A stretch of DNA of 64,000 bases from Eledone cirrhosa (GCA_964016885.1 OZ024748.1:47740001-47804000), one strand, 5' to 3'; shown: positions 28,042 through 41,111, counted from the stretch's first letter. Made by a program: numbers and translations. Notes: a model not told the origin generated them from the sequence alone.

Positions 28042-28460
28042 TCAATAATATTAATAAATGGAAACTATATTTATAAAACCATATTTATTGTATAATATAT
28101 ATTTCAAGGGTACCAAAACTTTTGTACGTATTCATCAGATAAAATACAAAATTTGTTTTATAAATAGTGACATACCCAGGAATCAAACATTAACGGTTCA
28201 GATTCCGTTTGGATAGTGAACCGTTAAAGTCTCATTCCTGGGTATGTCACTATTTATAAAACAAATTTTGTATTTTATCTGATGAGAGCGTACAAAAGTT
28301 TTGGTACACTTGAAATATATATAATAGAATAAATATGGTTTTATAAATATAGTTTCCATTTATTAATATCATTGAAATTATACTCCAGAAAACTTGTCGA
28401 GTGCTTCGAATCTGTTATAAATATATTTGTTGAATTACAAACAAATGAAATATCTCTTTG

Positions 28461-28462
<2 letters not shown>
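28042..28462. mobile_element. Fold-back pLTR element family F
   Basis: Arms ~28042-28200 and 28217-28375. CTGATGA at 28279...TT-GAAA-TATATA-TA^ATAGAATAAATAT. Confidence 0.75.
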
Positions 28463-28517
<55 letters not shown>

Positions 28518-28520
<3 letters not shown>

Positions 28521-29196
28521 GCAAAAGGGATATTCAATTTGTTGGTAATTTAACAAATATAAATGTTTATAACTTATTCAGAGCACTCGACAGATTTTCT
28601 GGAGTATAATATTCAATGATGTTAAATAAATGGAAACTATATTTATAAAACCATATTTATTCTATTATATATATTTCAAGGGTACCAAAACTAAAAAGGA
28701 TAAACTTTCAGAATGTCAATTAAAGATTATCAATCTACATCTAAAAAAATATATTTAGAGGGGTATTATTAGGAAAATAATGTCAAAAGGTAAAAATAGT
28801 AAAAAAAAAAAATATATTAAAAAATTTAAAAATTAATGCCAAATGGTAAAAATAGTAGAAAAATAAAAAAAATAATTAAGAAGGAAGATCCTTTAAAAAA
28901 TTTAAATTTAAATTTTTAAAGAAAATAGGATCATTTTGAAGGTGTATAAGATTTAGTCAAGTGTAATGAATATCATAAATTAAAAATACTTCTGAAAGTG
29001 GAATTTTGGCGATGTCTGCAAGTAGAAAATAATTCTGTTTTAAGATTAATAGAGTTTTGACAGTTAATTATACAAAAATTTCCTCGATACACAAGTTACA
29101 GAATCTTGAGAAAACCACATTTCGGTATGCAGGTGCTTTCGAAATCGTTACCCAAGATATTGAATAGTCTATATTGTTGTCTTTTAAATTCCAAAT
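28518..29196 (-). mobile_element. 5'-truncated Naiad-type PLE: GIY-YIG C-terminus followed by a family F pLTR
   Basis: 29004-29196 translates to IWNLKDNNIDYSISWVTISKAPAYRNVVFSRFCNLCIEEIF.../TELFSTCRHRQ (frameshifted). 28518-28692 is the family F 3' half in the same orientation. Confidence 0.75.
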
Positions 29197-29214
29197 TAAA
29201 TGTGAACGACATCA

Positions 29215-30342
29215 ACAGCAACGACAATAACAACAACAACAACAACAGTGACAATAACAACAACAACAACAGTGACAACAACTACAACAACAACAACAGT
29301 GACAACAACTACAACAACAACAGTTACAACAACAATAACAGTGACAACAACAGTGACAACAACAGTGACAACAACTACAACAACAACAGTGACAACAACA
29401 ACAGTGACAACAACAACAGTGACAACAAAAACAGTGACAACAACAGTAACAACAGTGACAACAACAACAACAGTGACAACAACAACAGTGACAACAACAA
29501 CAGTGACAACAAAAACAGTGACAACAACAGTAACAACAATAACAACAACAGTGACAACCACAACAACAGCAACAGTGACAACAACAGCAACAACAGCAAC
29601 AGTGACAACAACAACAACATGACAAAGATCAGTAATAATAAAATCCTCACCAATAATGTATTCTTACAATTATGCCATTGATATATTTCAAGACCTTTCC
29701 TCTTTCTTTTATTTGGATGTTCTGCTTCTTCTCCTTCTTTTTATCACATTTTCTTCTCCTCCTTCCTCTTCTCCCTCCTCTTCTCCTCCTTCCTCTTCCC
29801 CTTCTTCTTCCTCCTCTACTTCTTCTGCCTCTTCTCCTTCCTCTTCTTCTTCCTCCTCTTCTTGTGTGTAAGTGTATATATGTGTGTGTATGTGTATCCA
29901 TGTGTAATGTGGATAGTGTGTGTATGTGTAGCATGTGTGTATGTATGTGTGTGTATGTGTATCCATGTGTAATGTGGATAGTGCGTGTATGTGTAGCATG
30001 TGTGTATATATATATGTGTGTGTATGTGTGTATGTGTGTATGTGTATCCATGTGTAATGTGGATAGTGTGTGTGTGTGTAGCATGTGTGTGTATGTGTGT
30101 GTATATGTATCCATGTGTAATGTGGATAGTGTGTGTATGTGTAGCATGTGTGTATATATATATGTGTGTGTGTGTGTATGTGTGTGTGTGTATGTGTGTA
30201 TGTGTATCCATGTGTATGTGTAGCATGTCTGTATGTGTGGTGGCTTCAATAGATTTCTGTTGATAGAATCTCATTTAATAACTTGTTGCTTTCAAACGTT
30301 GTCTCCACACTCACACACACACACATATATACACACACACAC

Positions 30343-30377
<35 letters not shown>

Positions 30378-30412
30378 TACATACATATATATATATACAC
30401 ACACACACACAC

Positions 30413-30455
<43 letters not shown>

Positions 30456-30494
30456 CACACACACACACACATACATATATATATACACACACAC

Positions 30495-30525
<31 letters not shown>

Positions 30526-30544
30526 TATATATACACACACACAC

Positions 30545-30598
<54 letters not shown>

Positions 30599-30736
30599 GC
30601 ATACACACACACATACATATATATATATACACACACACACATATATATATACACATATATATATACACACACACACACAGACACACATATATACACACAT
30701 ATATACACACACACATATATACACACACACACATAT

Positions 30737-30799
<63 letters not shown>

Positions 30800-30860
30800 C
30801 ACACACACATACATATATATATATACACACATACACACACACACATATATATATATATAT
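29215..30860. repeat. AACAGTGAC/(AAC)n, (CTT/CCT)n, TATCCATGTGTAATGTGGATAG minisatellite and (CA)/(TA) tracts
   Basis: Direct inspection. Confidence 0.9.
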
Positions 30861-31221
30861 ACTCGTATACACGAACATACACATGTATATTAATCTTTTG
30901 TGATTATATTTCTCACAAAATACTCTGTATTTAAACTAATTAATGAAGAATTTTCTGGGCTTTACTGTTAAATCTGAAATCTGAACGAAAGAACCAATCG
31001 TTACATTATCGTCTGTCATTGCTGAGATAATAATTTAATAATCTTCTCACATAATTTCATGTAAGAAGCCTATCAGGTAAATAGGATCATTTTTGAAATG
31101 GGAGATTTTTGTTCCATAGAGCCAGCCAGGAGCAGATTTTGGATATGTTGGTATAATAGGAATTGAGGTATATTCATGTTGAGAACCAGTCAAACATGAT
31201 TTATATATATATATATATATA

Positions 31222-31442
31222 TAGGAACGAGTAGGACCCTGGCGGCTGAGCTCAAGCCGTTTCGACGGCTAATTCTGGACTAAATGAACATTTTTATCCT
31301 GGTATTTGAATAGCCGAGCTTCTCAGGGGGTAATTCCATATATGGTAAAAGTGATTGTCACACGGATTGGTCAAAAGTTTGTTGTTGAGACATAATAATT
31401 CTATCATGGCAATTTGTGGAGGGAAGGGGTAGCTGAACCTGA
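31222..31442 (-). mobile_element. Family U pLTR with degenerate hammerhead (31236-31331)
   Basis: Homologous to 62750-62970. Core CTGAGAA and cleavage triplet GCC, both deviating from the family consensus. Confidence 0.7.
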
Positions 31443-31456
31443 ATATATATATAGAT

Positions 31457-31488
<32 letters not shown>

Positions 31489-31489
31489 C

Positions 31490-31774
31490 ATCACTTTCAA
31501 TTTACGTCTGCTTTTCCCTGCTTGCAAGGCTGGGACGGGAACTGATTCTGGCTTGATTTCTACAGCTGGATGCCCTTCCTAACATCAACCTCATTTACAG
31601 TGAGTGCTGGGTGCTTTTTTCCCCGTGGCTATCATTTCATTTCTACAGCTGAGTGAACTGGAGCAATGTGAAATAAAGTGTCTTGCTCAAGGAAACAACA
31701 CATCACCCGGTCTGAGAATTGAACTCACAACCTTTCGATTGCAAAGCCAATGCTCTAACCACTAAGCCATGTGC

Positions 31775-31776
<2 letters not shown>
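31490..31776 (-). mobile_element. SINE family B
   Basis: Homologous to 8825-9157. Confidence 0.8.
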
Positions 31777-31823
<47 letters not shown>

Positions 31824-31958
31824 AAGTGTAGGTTCACCTGGGTGGGTACTCGATGTTTAGGTTCACTTCAGTGTCGAGGTGTAGAGTTATACAGAGTGTA
31901 TTATAATTAAATAAGATAACAAGGACGTTTGGTTACTCCTTCATTACGTTTATTGGTT

Positions 31959-32047
31959 GGTGACGGGCGTTTTGCCACTGACCAGCTCAAGGTTCAATCT
32001 GTATCGATCTGACCTGACTCTGTAACCCGCCCGCGGCTCATCACACC
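31959..32047 (-). ncRNA. Degenerate long-stem-II hammerhead
   Basis: GGT-GTGATGA-GCC...GGC-AAAA-CGCCCG-TC^ACC, then AATAAA; C3 and G12 are mutated. Confidence 0.45.
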
Positions 32048-32298
32048 CCTTGCAATGTTAATGGAAGAATATATATATATATATATAGAGATAGATATCA
32101 TCATCATCATCACCATTTTACATCCGTTCTTCCACGCTAGCATGGGTTAGACGGGGTGTCCTGTTGTGGGCAATGTCCAGTCGGCTGACCTTGTCTTGCT
32201 CATACGGTAACTGATTCTGGCTTGATTTCTACAGCTGGATGGCCTTCCTAACACCAACCTCATTTGCAGTGAGTGCTTTATGTATATATATATATATA

Positions 32299-32488
32299 TA
32301 ACGAAGGAAGTGTGGTAAGGAACAAGGTGGACCATAACGCACCAGAGTACTCGATACTTTGGGTAGTAGAGTGGGTAATAGGAAAAGAGTCAGGACCCCG
32401 ACAGCTGAGCTCCAGCCTTTTGACAGCTAGATCAGAACTAGCTGTCGAAATGGCCACAGCTAAGTCGTCGGGGTCCTGACTCTTTTCC
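32299..32488. mobile_element. Fold-back remnant, family U variant
   Basis: GGAAAAGAGTCAGGACCCCGAC...GTCGGGGTCCTGACTCTTTTCC. Confidence 0.7.
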
Positions 32489-32699
32489 TGTATATGTATA
32501 GAGAGAGAGATACATCTTCATCATCATCGTTTGACATCCATCTTCCACGCTAGCATGGATTAGACAGGATTGTCCCACTTGAGGCAAGATTGGTCGGGTG
32601 ACTGTATCTTGCTCGTATAGATCTGTATCTGGCAGGTTTTGTACGGCTGGATGCCCTTCCTAACACCAACCACATTTACAGTGTGGACTATATAAACAG

Positions 32700-32767
<68 letters not shown>

Positions 32768-32769
<2 letters not shown>

Positions 32770-33186
32770 TTTCTTTTTATTTGCCACCAGGGCATCAAAA
32801 AGTGGGACAAGTACAAAGGGGGGAGTTTACATAACAAGGCGTCCTCAATAAGGAGGAGGCAATAACAAAATATAAAAATAAAATAAAATATAACAAATTA
32901 AAATGTATAACAAAATCCTCAATAGAGAGGAGGCGCCTTGGGGGGTCGCACACACCCCCGAAAAAAAGTGTGCAACCTTTCTCCTCAGGAGCACAGAGAG
33001 GGGGTGCTCCCTTGGTCTTTCATCTTCCTCACCTATAGTCTGATGTAGAGTGAAGGCCCATTCACACGGGCCATTCTCGCTACTCATCTTTCATAAAAAC
33101 GGCTGGGGTGCAGCACCTCTCTCTCCATCCTGATCCTTCTTCCGAAATGATATCGAAAGAAACGGACCAGTTGTTGGCCAGAGAGA
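32768..33186 (-). mobile_element. 5'-truncated second copy of the Tx1-like LINE
   Basis: Matches 33213-33638 with substitutions and small indels. (GATA)n on both sides. Confidence 0.9.
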
Positions 33187-33477
33187 ATAGATAGATAGAT
33201 AGATAGATAGATATATTTCTTTTATTTGCCACTAGGGCATCAAAAGTGGGACAAGTACAAAGGGGGGAGTTTACACAAAAAGGCGTCCTCAATAAGGAGA
33301 AGGCAATAACAAAATATAAAAATAAAATAAGATATAACAAAAAATAAAATTTTTAACAAAATCCTCAATAGAGAGGAGGCGCCTTGGGGGGTCGCACACA
33401 CCCCCGAAAAAAGTGTGCAACCCTTCTCCTCAGGTGCACAGAGAAGGGGTGCTCCCTTGGTCTTTTATCTTCCTCAC

Positions 33478-36400
33478 CTATAGTCTGATGTAGAGTGAAG
33501 GCCCATTCACACGGGCCATTCTCGCCACTTTCACCCATCTTTCATAGAAACGGCTGGGGTGCAGCACCTCTCTCTCCATCCTGATCCTTCTTCCGAAATG
33601 ATATCGGAAGAAACGGACCAGTTGTTGGCCAGAGAGAAAGGTGCCCGACCTCAGTCCTTTCAGACGCGTCCACCATACAACCTCTTTCGCCATGGCTATT
33701 ACGCACAGAAACACCGCCTCTGCTTCATCTTTGAAGGGGGGAGGCGGCTTGATCATTACAATCGACTCGGTGGTCAACCGGATCGGTCCCACCCTTGACA
33801 GCAGTTGTTCGACATAGCCCCACAGATCGGCTACGCCCGAGCAGTGTACTAATGCGTGTGCAACGGTTTCCTCGTCGCACACGCATCTGGGACAGATCTT
33901 TTTGGCGGGGTCCCTACCCGGGCGCCCGTGTCTGTAGAGCCTTTCTCGAACGGGTAAAGCCCCTCGGTAGCACTGCCAGGCCAGGGACTTCTGGAAGTTG
34001 TCCATAGGTCCCGGGCTGAATGTCCTACCGAACAGGCTGGCCAGTTCGTCCTCCTCCATGTCTAGGGCTTCTCCGAGGGCGTCGTCGCACCTGCTGCGTA
34101 CCAGCCCTCTATAGAATGTTGCGGTGGAGTCTCCACTGATAACCGGATCCGCCTGCCAGAGGGCGGTGAGCGCCTGGGCACACTCAGTGTGCCAGGCGCC
34201 CAGTTTTCTCGGTCTTTGCTTGACCCAGGATTGCAGCTCGGTGAGTGAGACGAGTTTGGGAAAGGTTCGTCTCACAAACGAGGCCCACACCGGTTGTCCG
34301 GTGAGGAATACGTAGAGGTGCCGTAGCCTTAATGCGTGTTTACGCATCATTAGCCACGGCATCCCCAGCCCTCCTTTCGAAGGGTGTTGACAGCAGATGG
34401 ATCTCCTCACCATAGGAGCCCGCCTCTTCCAAAGGAATTGGAAGAGCGCGCGCTCCATCTTGGTGAGGGTTTCCCTTGGGCAGGGCACTACGGTCAGGCG
34501 GTAGTAGATGACGGACGCTATGTAGGTGTTCGCCACCTCCGCCCGACCTTTCAGGGATAGTTTGCAACTGGCCTACTTCTGGGTCAGTGCAAACACCCTG
34601 TTCGTAACCTCCGCCCAGTTTTTCTCCACCTGGAGGTCCGGTCCGAACCAGACCCCGAGCAACTTCACCGGGCCCTCCGTCCAGCGTCCGACGACGCTAT
34701 CGGAGGGCATCGGTCTGCCCCTCCACGTGCCGAGTTGCAAACCGATCGACTTGTCCCGGTTCAGCTTAGCCCCTGTGAACTTTTCGTACTCCTCCAGTAA
34801 GGTGCCGACCGCCTCGATTTCGGAGGCCGTCGACACCATTACTGTCACGTCATCGGCGTAGGCCGACACCGCTTTCCGCAATCCCGGTTCCAAAGGGATG
34901 CCCTGCAACAACTCCAACTTCCGCAGTAGTGGCTCGAGAGTCAACACATACAGAAGGGAGGAGAGAGGGCACCCTTGTCGGATGGACCGCGCGATTTTGA
35001 ACGGCTCCGAGAGGTAGCCGTTCACCTTGACCCTAGAGCAGATGCGGCTGCTGTGCATAGCAGTGATCCAGCCCCTGAAAACGGGTCCGAAGCCTGCCGC
35101 CGCTAGCACCGCATCCAGGTAACCATGGTCGACCCTATCGAACGCCTTAGATTGATCCAAGTTGATCAGAGCCCCACCAAAGCCGGGTTCGTTCCCAACC
35201 CTCTCTATGATGTATCGCATGAGGTGGAGGTTGTCATGGATGGACCTGGACGGGATAGCGCATGTCTGCGCATCTCCCACCAGGTTGCCCACGACAAGCG
35301 CCAACCTCTTTGCTAGCACCTTGGCCAAAATCTGTAACTCTGTATTTAGCAGTGTTATGGGCCTGAAGTTACTTATTTCGTCCCCCTTGTTCTCGTCCTT
35401 CCTCACTAGCGTGACTACGCCCTTGGTCACAGTACAGGGAATTCTCCCGTTCTGTTGCCAGTTGCAGTAGACCGCCTCGAGGAGATCGGGGAACAAGTCC
35501 GGCATAGCTAGATATAATTCGTAAGGAAGACCATCGAGACCCGGGGATTTGCGTTTGCCGCATTGGCTCAGCACGTCCTCTATCTCAGCGGCCGAAATCG
35601 GCTCCTCGCAGGACTTCGCCTCCCTGTCCGAGAGGCGCGGCAGGCCGTCGAGGTATGGACCGAAGTCCACGTTCCCAACCGGCTCCCCGCCCCTCCCGAA
35701 CAGTCGGGCAAAGTGCCTTTGAAAGGCCTCACACATCTGCTTAGGCTCAAGAATCGCCCGTCCATCCAGGACTTGCAAAGACCGGATGGTGGATTTAGTT
35801 CCACTGTTGGCCTCTGTCACGCGGGCCCAGCTAACAGCTTTGGTCCCCTCGTTCCCTAGAGCACGTATTTTACTTCGGACAACGCAGCCTTCGTGCTTCG
35901 CGTCGAAAAACTGGCTCAACGCCGTTCTCGACGCTAGCACTCTGGCCACGTCGCCGCTTCTAATTGCCTCTTCTACTCTATCTATTAGCTCCCTTTCCTT
36001 CCTATTCCTATCCGCAGCTAGAACCTTACTAAATTCTATCGAGACTACTCTAATCTCTCTCTTTAGAGATACCCACCACCTGCTGTTGACGATCGCTCCA
36101 GTCAACCGTTCCTTAACTAACGTACTAATCCGATTCCTGTAGGCTCTACTTGCCGGCAAGGACAAGTTGAGCTTCCAGTAACCGGGGCCCTGTCTATGAG
36201 TTCTGTCAAGGTTGACCATGCAGGTCACTAATTTGTGGTCTGAATAGCCAACAATGCGCATTTTTGGACAACTTAAAAAGTCCTTATCCTTAATTCTAAC
36301 TAAGAACCTATCTAGGTACGACCTAGATGATCCGCTACGATTTGCCCAAGTCCAGGTTGGCGCAGTCGGAAAATCTAGTCGATATCTATCGGCCAGGTCA

Positions 36401-36915
36401 AATCGACCGATTAACCCTTTGAGGCTATTACACCCCTCTCTATCGGGGCAGGCCCCTACGTAGTCCCAGCGTGCATCTAGGATACCATTCCAGTCCCCCA
36501 CTAATAGCAAGGAGCGGGACGTCCCTAGAAAAGTCTCCAGACGATGGAAGAAGTCCGGCCGCATTGACCCGAAAGGGCCGTAGGCGGCTACCAACCTAAA
36601 CGCTCCGCCTTTACCACTGCCAAGGTCCAGAACCACTAGTCGACCCTCCGGGTCCAAATGTACCATCTGTGTTGCGAGACCCAGATGTTTTTGCAGCAGA
36701 ACGACAACTCCACCCCCACCTCCGGGCTGACAGAGAGATGCGTGCATCTCAAAGTCATCAAAGGTGGGGGCCAGCTGTCGCACGTTGCTGATCCGGGCCT
36801 CGCAAATAACCATCACATCTATACGTTGTGACCTGAGGTCATTTAGAAGCATTGCTTGCTTCCAAGTTGAGCCCAGGCCACGCGCATTTAAACAGCCTAC
36901 TCTTAGCATAGCCAT
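33478..36915 (-). CDS. LINE ORF2: APE endonuclease, reverse transcriptase and C-terminal zinc-finger region, interrupted by one TAG at 34573-34575
   Basis: GCLNARGL, GDWNG, SYLDRFLV, YSDHK (APE); KSPGLDGLP, FRPITLLN, LDQSKAFDRV, RQGCPLS, AYADDV, KLLGV (RT); CPRC..ETVAHALVHC. The two track ORFs are in frame across TQK*ASCKLSLKGRAEVAN. Confidence 0.93.
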
Positions 36916-36939
36916 GTTGGTGGTGAAGAGAAAAGGCAC

Positions 36940-38727
36940 TTACCTCTCTGCGTCCCGGGTATCGGGCTGCACAATTTCCATTAGGGTGGGGGATGGGTTG
37001 TTGGGTGGGGTGGTGGTTTGTGGAAGTGTGGGGGCATCAGTGTGTTGTGTGGTTGGGGAGCTTGGAGTTGTGAGGGTGTTTGGGGAGGGGGTGGGATAGT
37101 TTTTTAGGAGGACGCGGTTAATGGGCCCGACGCAGGGGGGACCCACGTCCTCTTTAAAATTGTTTTTTAAAGTTTTATAGGTGTCCTGTGGGGCCTTAAT
37201 CATTTTGAGGTGGGGGAAATCCCCTGCCTGGGTGAAGTTAGGCCCTTGTGTTTTTATTAGATTGTTGTTGTACACAATGTTTAACAGTTTTTTGTTTCTT
37301 GTATTTATGTATGTGTATGCATGTTTTTGTTTTTGTGTGGTGTTTTTTGTTTGCTGTTGTGAGCTCTTTTGTGTTGGTGTCAGTGTTATGTTTTGGGGAG
37401 GGGTTGTTTTCATTTGTGTGTCTGAGGTGTGTTTTCTTTTTTTTCTTTTGATTGTGTGGAAGTGCTCCTCCTCGTCTGACGACGAACTAGGGTCATCTTC
37501 CGCGTTGGAGGGGAGGGGTATATTTTCGGGTTGTGTTTGCGGTACGGGTGTTTTGGAAATTGTTTTTGTTTTTTGGGTGGAGGGGATGGGTTGGACATTG
37601 TTTTGTTTTGGTTTGAGCTGTGGTGGTTGTTTTTGTAGTGGTAGTTGTGGTGATTGTGTTGGTTGTGCAGTTGTTGGTGGTGTAGGCAGGATTGGGGTTT
37701 TCTTATTAAGTTGGGGACAGACAGCCCTCAGGTGACCTCTGGTTCCGCAGAGGTAACACGAGGGCCGTCTACCCTCAACGGTAATGTTGATGAAGGTTAG
37801 ATCATCCAGTATGACGCGTTCAGGGATCTGGGCGATCCTTTCGGGCCTCATTTGAACTACAAGTTCGAGGCTCGTTCCACTGAACGCGTCACCCGATGCC
37901 TTTCCCATGGACACCAGCATGTCATCCTCCAGGTCCAGAAAACCTGTCAAAACCCACCATATGTCCATAATCGGCAGGATGGTGTGGATTTTTATTTTTT
38001 GTGTTCTTCTACCCATGTACGTAGGGTAGAAGGTGTATGCGGTGGATGTGATTGGTTTGATGGACAGTTTCACTGCTGTGTCCCTGTCCTTCATGAGAAT
38101 GGATAGACTCCCGTAGAGTCTATCCTTCTGAATGAAGGTGATGTCCTTCATGACGTCTTTTAAAACCAGCTCTATCTCGCTCTGTGATGGTTGAGCTGGT
38201 TTTTTACTTTTGTTCGAAATTGTCCTAAACATGACCGTGTTTAGGAGTCTCTGGCTTTTTAGTTCCGGGGGGGAATGGATTGTGAATGAACCATTTTCCC
38301 CGTACACTATATATTTTTTCGCATCCGCCAGTAGCTCCTTCGCTTTTGTTATATCTACTGGCAGATAGTCGAGGGTTTTCCTTGTCGTCTCGGCGAAGGA
38401 GAAATTTTGTTTGTTTGTGTTGTTGTTGTCGTTGGTGGTGTTGTTGTTATCATTGTTGTTGTTGTCACCGTTATTGGTGTTGTTGTTGTTATTGTTATTG
38501 TTATTGGTGTTGCTTTCGTCCGTCGCATTGTTGTTGTTGTTGCTGTTGCTGCTGGTTCTTTGGGTAGTTGCCATGGCAACGTCAAGTTGTCGGTTAACAG
38601 GTGGAGAGAATTCTTCCTCTGGCTGACCTATCTTCTTGACCTCTGCTACTGTGACAGTGGCAGGGGGAAGCTGTAAGTTCATCTTCCCCTTTCCTCCTTC
38701 GAATTTTGGTGAAGAAGCTTCGGCCAT
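36940..38727 (-). CDS. LINE ORF1 nucleic-acid-binding protein with CCHC zinc knuckle
   Basis: 595 aa with an ATG start and CYLCGTRGHLRAVC, directly upstream of ORF2. Confidence 0.85.
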   Translation of the reverse strand: MAEASSPKFEGGKGKMNLQLPPATVTVAEVKKIGQPEEEFSPPVNRQLDVAMATTQRTSSNSNNNNNATDESNTNNNNNNNNNTNNGDNNNNDNNNTTNDNNNTNKQNFSFAETTRKTLDYLPVDITKAKELLADAKKYIVYGENGSFTIHSPPELKSQRLLNTVMFRTISNKSKKPAQPSQSEIELVLKDVMKDITFIQKDRLYGSLSILMKDRDTAVKLSIKPITSTAYTFYPTYMGRRTQKIKIHTILPIMDIWWVLTGFLDLEDDMLVSMGKASGDAFSGTSLELVVQMRPERIAQIPERVILDDLTFINITVEGRRPSCYLCGTRGHLRAVCPQLNKKTPILPTPPTTAQPTQSPQLPLQKQPPQLKPKQNNVQPIPSTQKTKTISKTPVPQTQPENIPLPSNAEDDPSSSSDEEEHFHTIKRKKRKHTSDTQMKTTPPQNITLTPTQKSSQQQTKNTTQKQKHAYTYINTRNKKLLNIVYNNNLIKTQGPNFTQAGDFPHLKMIKAPQDTYKTLKNNFKEDVGPPCVGPINRVLLKNYPTPSPNTLTTPSSPTTQHTDAPTLPQTTTPPNNPSPTLMEIVQPDTRDAER

Positions 38728-38963
38728 TTAAAAAAATATTGACTTTTCAACAAGAAAAAAAAACTTTTTTTTTTTTTTAACTATTTCGCCTAAAGGCGTA
38801 GAATATTTTGAGAGACTGACCAGATCAAAGTTTGACCTGGCAGTCCCTCTACAAAATGGTACAAAAATTAAAGTTATCAGACAAGAATTTCTATAGAAAT
38901 TTAAACAGAACTTACTCAGCAAGTTATACGCGTGTGTCCATCCCAGAGATAGATAGATAGATC

Positions 38964-39047
<84 letters not shown>

Positions 39048-39504
39048 TCAGTAATGTGTAAAATCGAAGTTGCATGTACAAGTAACAGATCAGCTATGAT
39101 AATCAAAGACTGCCACGAAGCACTTAATTATAGAGTAATTAATAAATTTCTTCTCAGAGTGAACACAAGAAGTTAGGTAATAATGACACAATGAATAATG
39201 TGACCAGAGACATGTTGCCACGGTGATACTACAATAACGAAAATACAAACAGGTTAAAGATGCTGGACCTGATCGATAGATATTAAACGATAATTATCTT
39301 CGATAGGTTTCTGGGAAATCTAGGAGTTACACTCCAAGTCAGTAATATATCCTAAGATAGAACGGGGGCTTTCTTTCATCAAAAGGTTTTTCGTTCAGCG
39401 TGTGTGAGTGTGTGTGTGTGTGTGTGTGAGTGTGTGTGTGTATGTGTGTGTATATTTAGCTCACCATACTGAGAACAACTGTTTCACCTTATGCGGATCT
39501 TAAT

Positions 39505-40157
39505 AATTGTTTCTATTTTTGGCACACGGCCAGCAATTAACACCAGTGCATTACTGGTACTTTATTTTATCGACCCCGTAAGGATAAAAGGCAAAGTTAA
39601 CCTCGGCGGGATTTCACCTCGGATCATAAAGGACCGTAACTCTTTGCTGCAAAGCATAGCGTCCGACCCTCTACCGATACTGCCAGTCCACCTCCCTTTA
39701 ATAATAATAGGGACGAGGATCTTAATAATAATAGGGATAAGGTTTTAAATTTCCATTACGTTTGTTGAGGTGTGATGCACATTTTACGATTGGTTAGCTC
39801 AATGTCCAATATATATTGATTAGGCCTGATGATAGAATCAAAAGCTGGGCCCCGATCAATACATAATCAACCTTGGCCTGATCAATCGCGAAACACGCAT
39901 CACACCTCAATAAACGTAATGGACACATCGTACATATTATTATTATTATTATTATTATTATTCAAATAGTGGTGGATTGGCAGTATCGGTAGAGGGTTGG
40001 ACGCCATACTTTGCAGCAGAGAGTTACGACCCTTTATGATCTGAGTTCAAATCCCGCCGAGGTTAACTTTGCCTTTCATCCTTACGGGGTCGATAAAATA
40101 AAGTACCAGTAATACACTGGGATAATTGGTGGCCTTGTGCCAAAAGTAGAAACAATT
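39505..40157. mobile_element. Divergently oriented SINE family A copies flanking a hairpin remnant
   Basis: Copies at 39505-39692 (-) and 39970-40157 (+). 39752-39923 is an imperfect inverted repeat containing GAAACACGCATCACACCTCAATAAACGTAATGG. Confidence 0.75.
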
Positions 40158-40325
40158 ATTAATACTACTAGTACACTTTGATATTAGTACAACTCCAAAA
40201 CACATAATGGAGACTACACACGTTGGTGAACCTACAGTAACTTGAGATTACAATCACTTAACTATATATATGTGGGTGTATATATATATATATATATATA
40301 TGTGCATATATATATATATATATAT

Positions 40326-40532
40326 AACGAAGGAAATGTGGTAAGGAACCAGGTGGACCATAACGCAACAAAGTACTCAATACTTTGGGTAGTAGAGTGG
40401 GTAATAGGAACGAGTAGGACCCCGAAGGCTGAGCTCAAGCCGTTTCGACGGCTAATTCTGGACTAAAAAGATTTTTAGTCCAGAATTAGCCGTCGAAACG
40501 GCTTGAGCTCAGCTGTCGGGGTCCTACTCGTT

Positions 40533-40535
<3 letters not shown>
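40326..40535. mobile_element. Fold-back remnant of family U pLTR
   Basis: Turnaround at CTGGACTAAAA-GA-TTTTTAGTCCAG, with (TA)n flanks. Another partial copy lies at 41141-41238. Confidence 0.75.
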
Positions 40536-40567
<32 letters not shown>

Positions 40568-40713
40568 TTTCTGAATTTGACAATATATTAACAATCGTCT
40601 GGTTGTGGAACCAACCAACAGACCGGAAATTTATAAATTTTATTTATAATAAATTCAAGTGAAAGCAACTGGTGCGTGTGTTTCTTATTGGCAACATGAC
40701 CCTCCCAAAGCAT

Positions 40714-40778
<65 letters not shown>

Positions 40779-40994
40779 GCTGTTACATTGTACCAGACGC
40801 ATTGTGGAAAGTGTAATAAATTGTATTTTTTAGGAGCAACAGTGGTGCAATTAGGGAATGAACTTTTAAAAATGAGGATAATAATCTTGGAATGTTACCT
40901 GAAAGGTGTTTAATTAAACACCTTTAAGGTAACATTCCAACAAATTTGTGTGGCATTTCATACATTTAATGTTCTATTGTATTGCTATAGCTCA

Positions 40995-41111
<117 letters not shown>

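Larger units (their letters stand above)
33213..38946 (-). mobile_element. Full-length Tx1/L1-clade non-LTR retrotransposon in (GATA)n
   Basis: 5' UTR, ORF1, ORF2 and a 3' UTR ending GGCAAATAAAAGAAAT. (GATA)n at 32700-32767, 33187-33212 and 38948-39047. Confidence 0.92.

Noticed and set aside
33559-38676. Plus-strand ORFs overlapping the LINE
   Set aside because: Antisense shadows of GC-rich or repetitive coding sequence.
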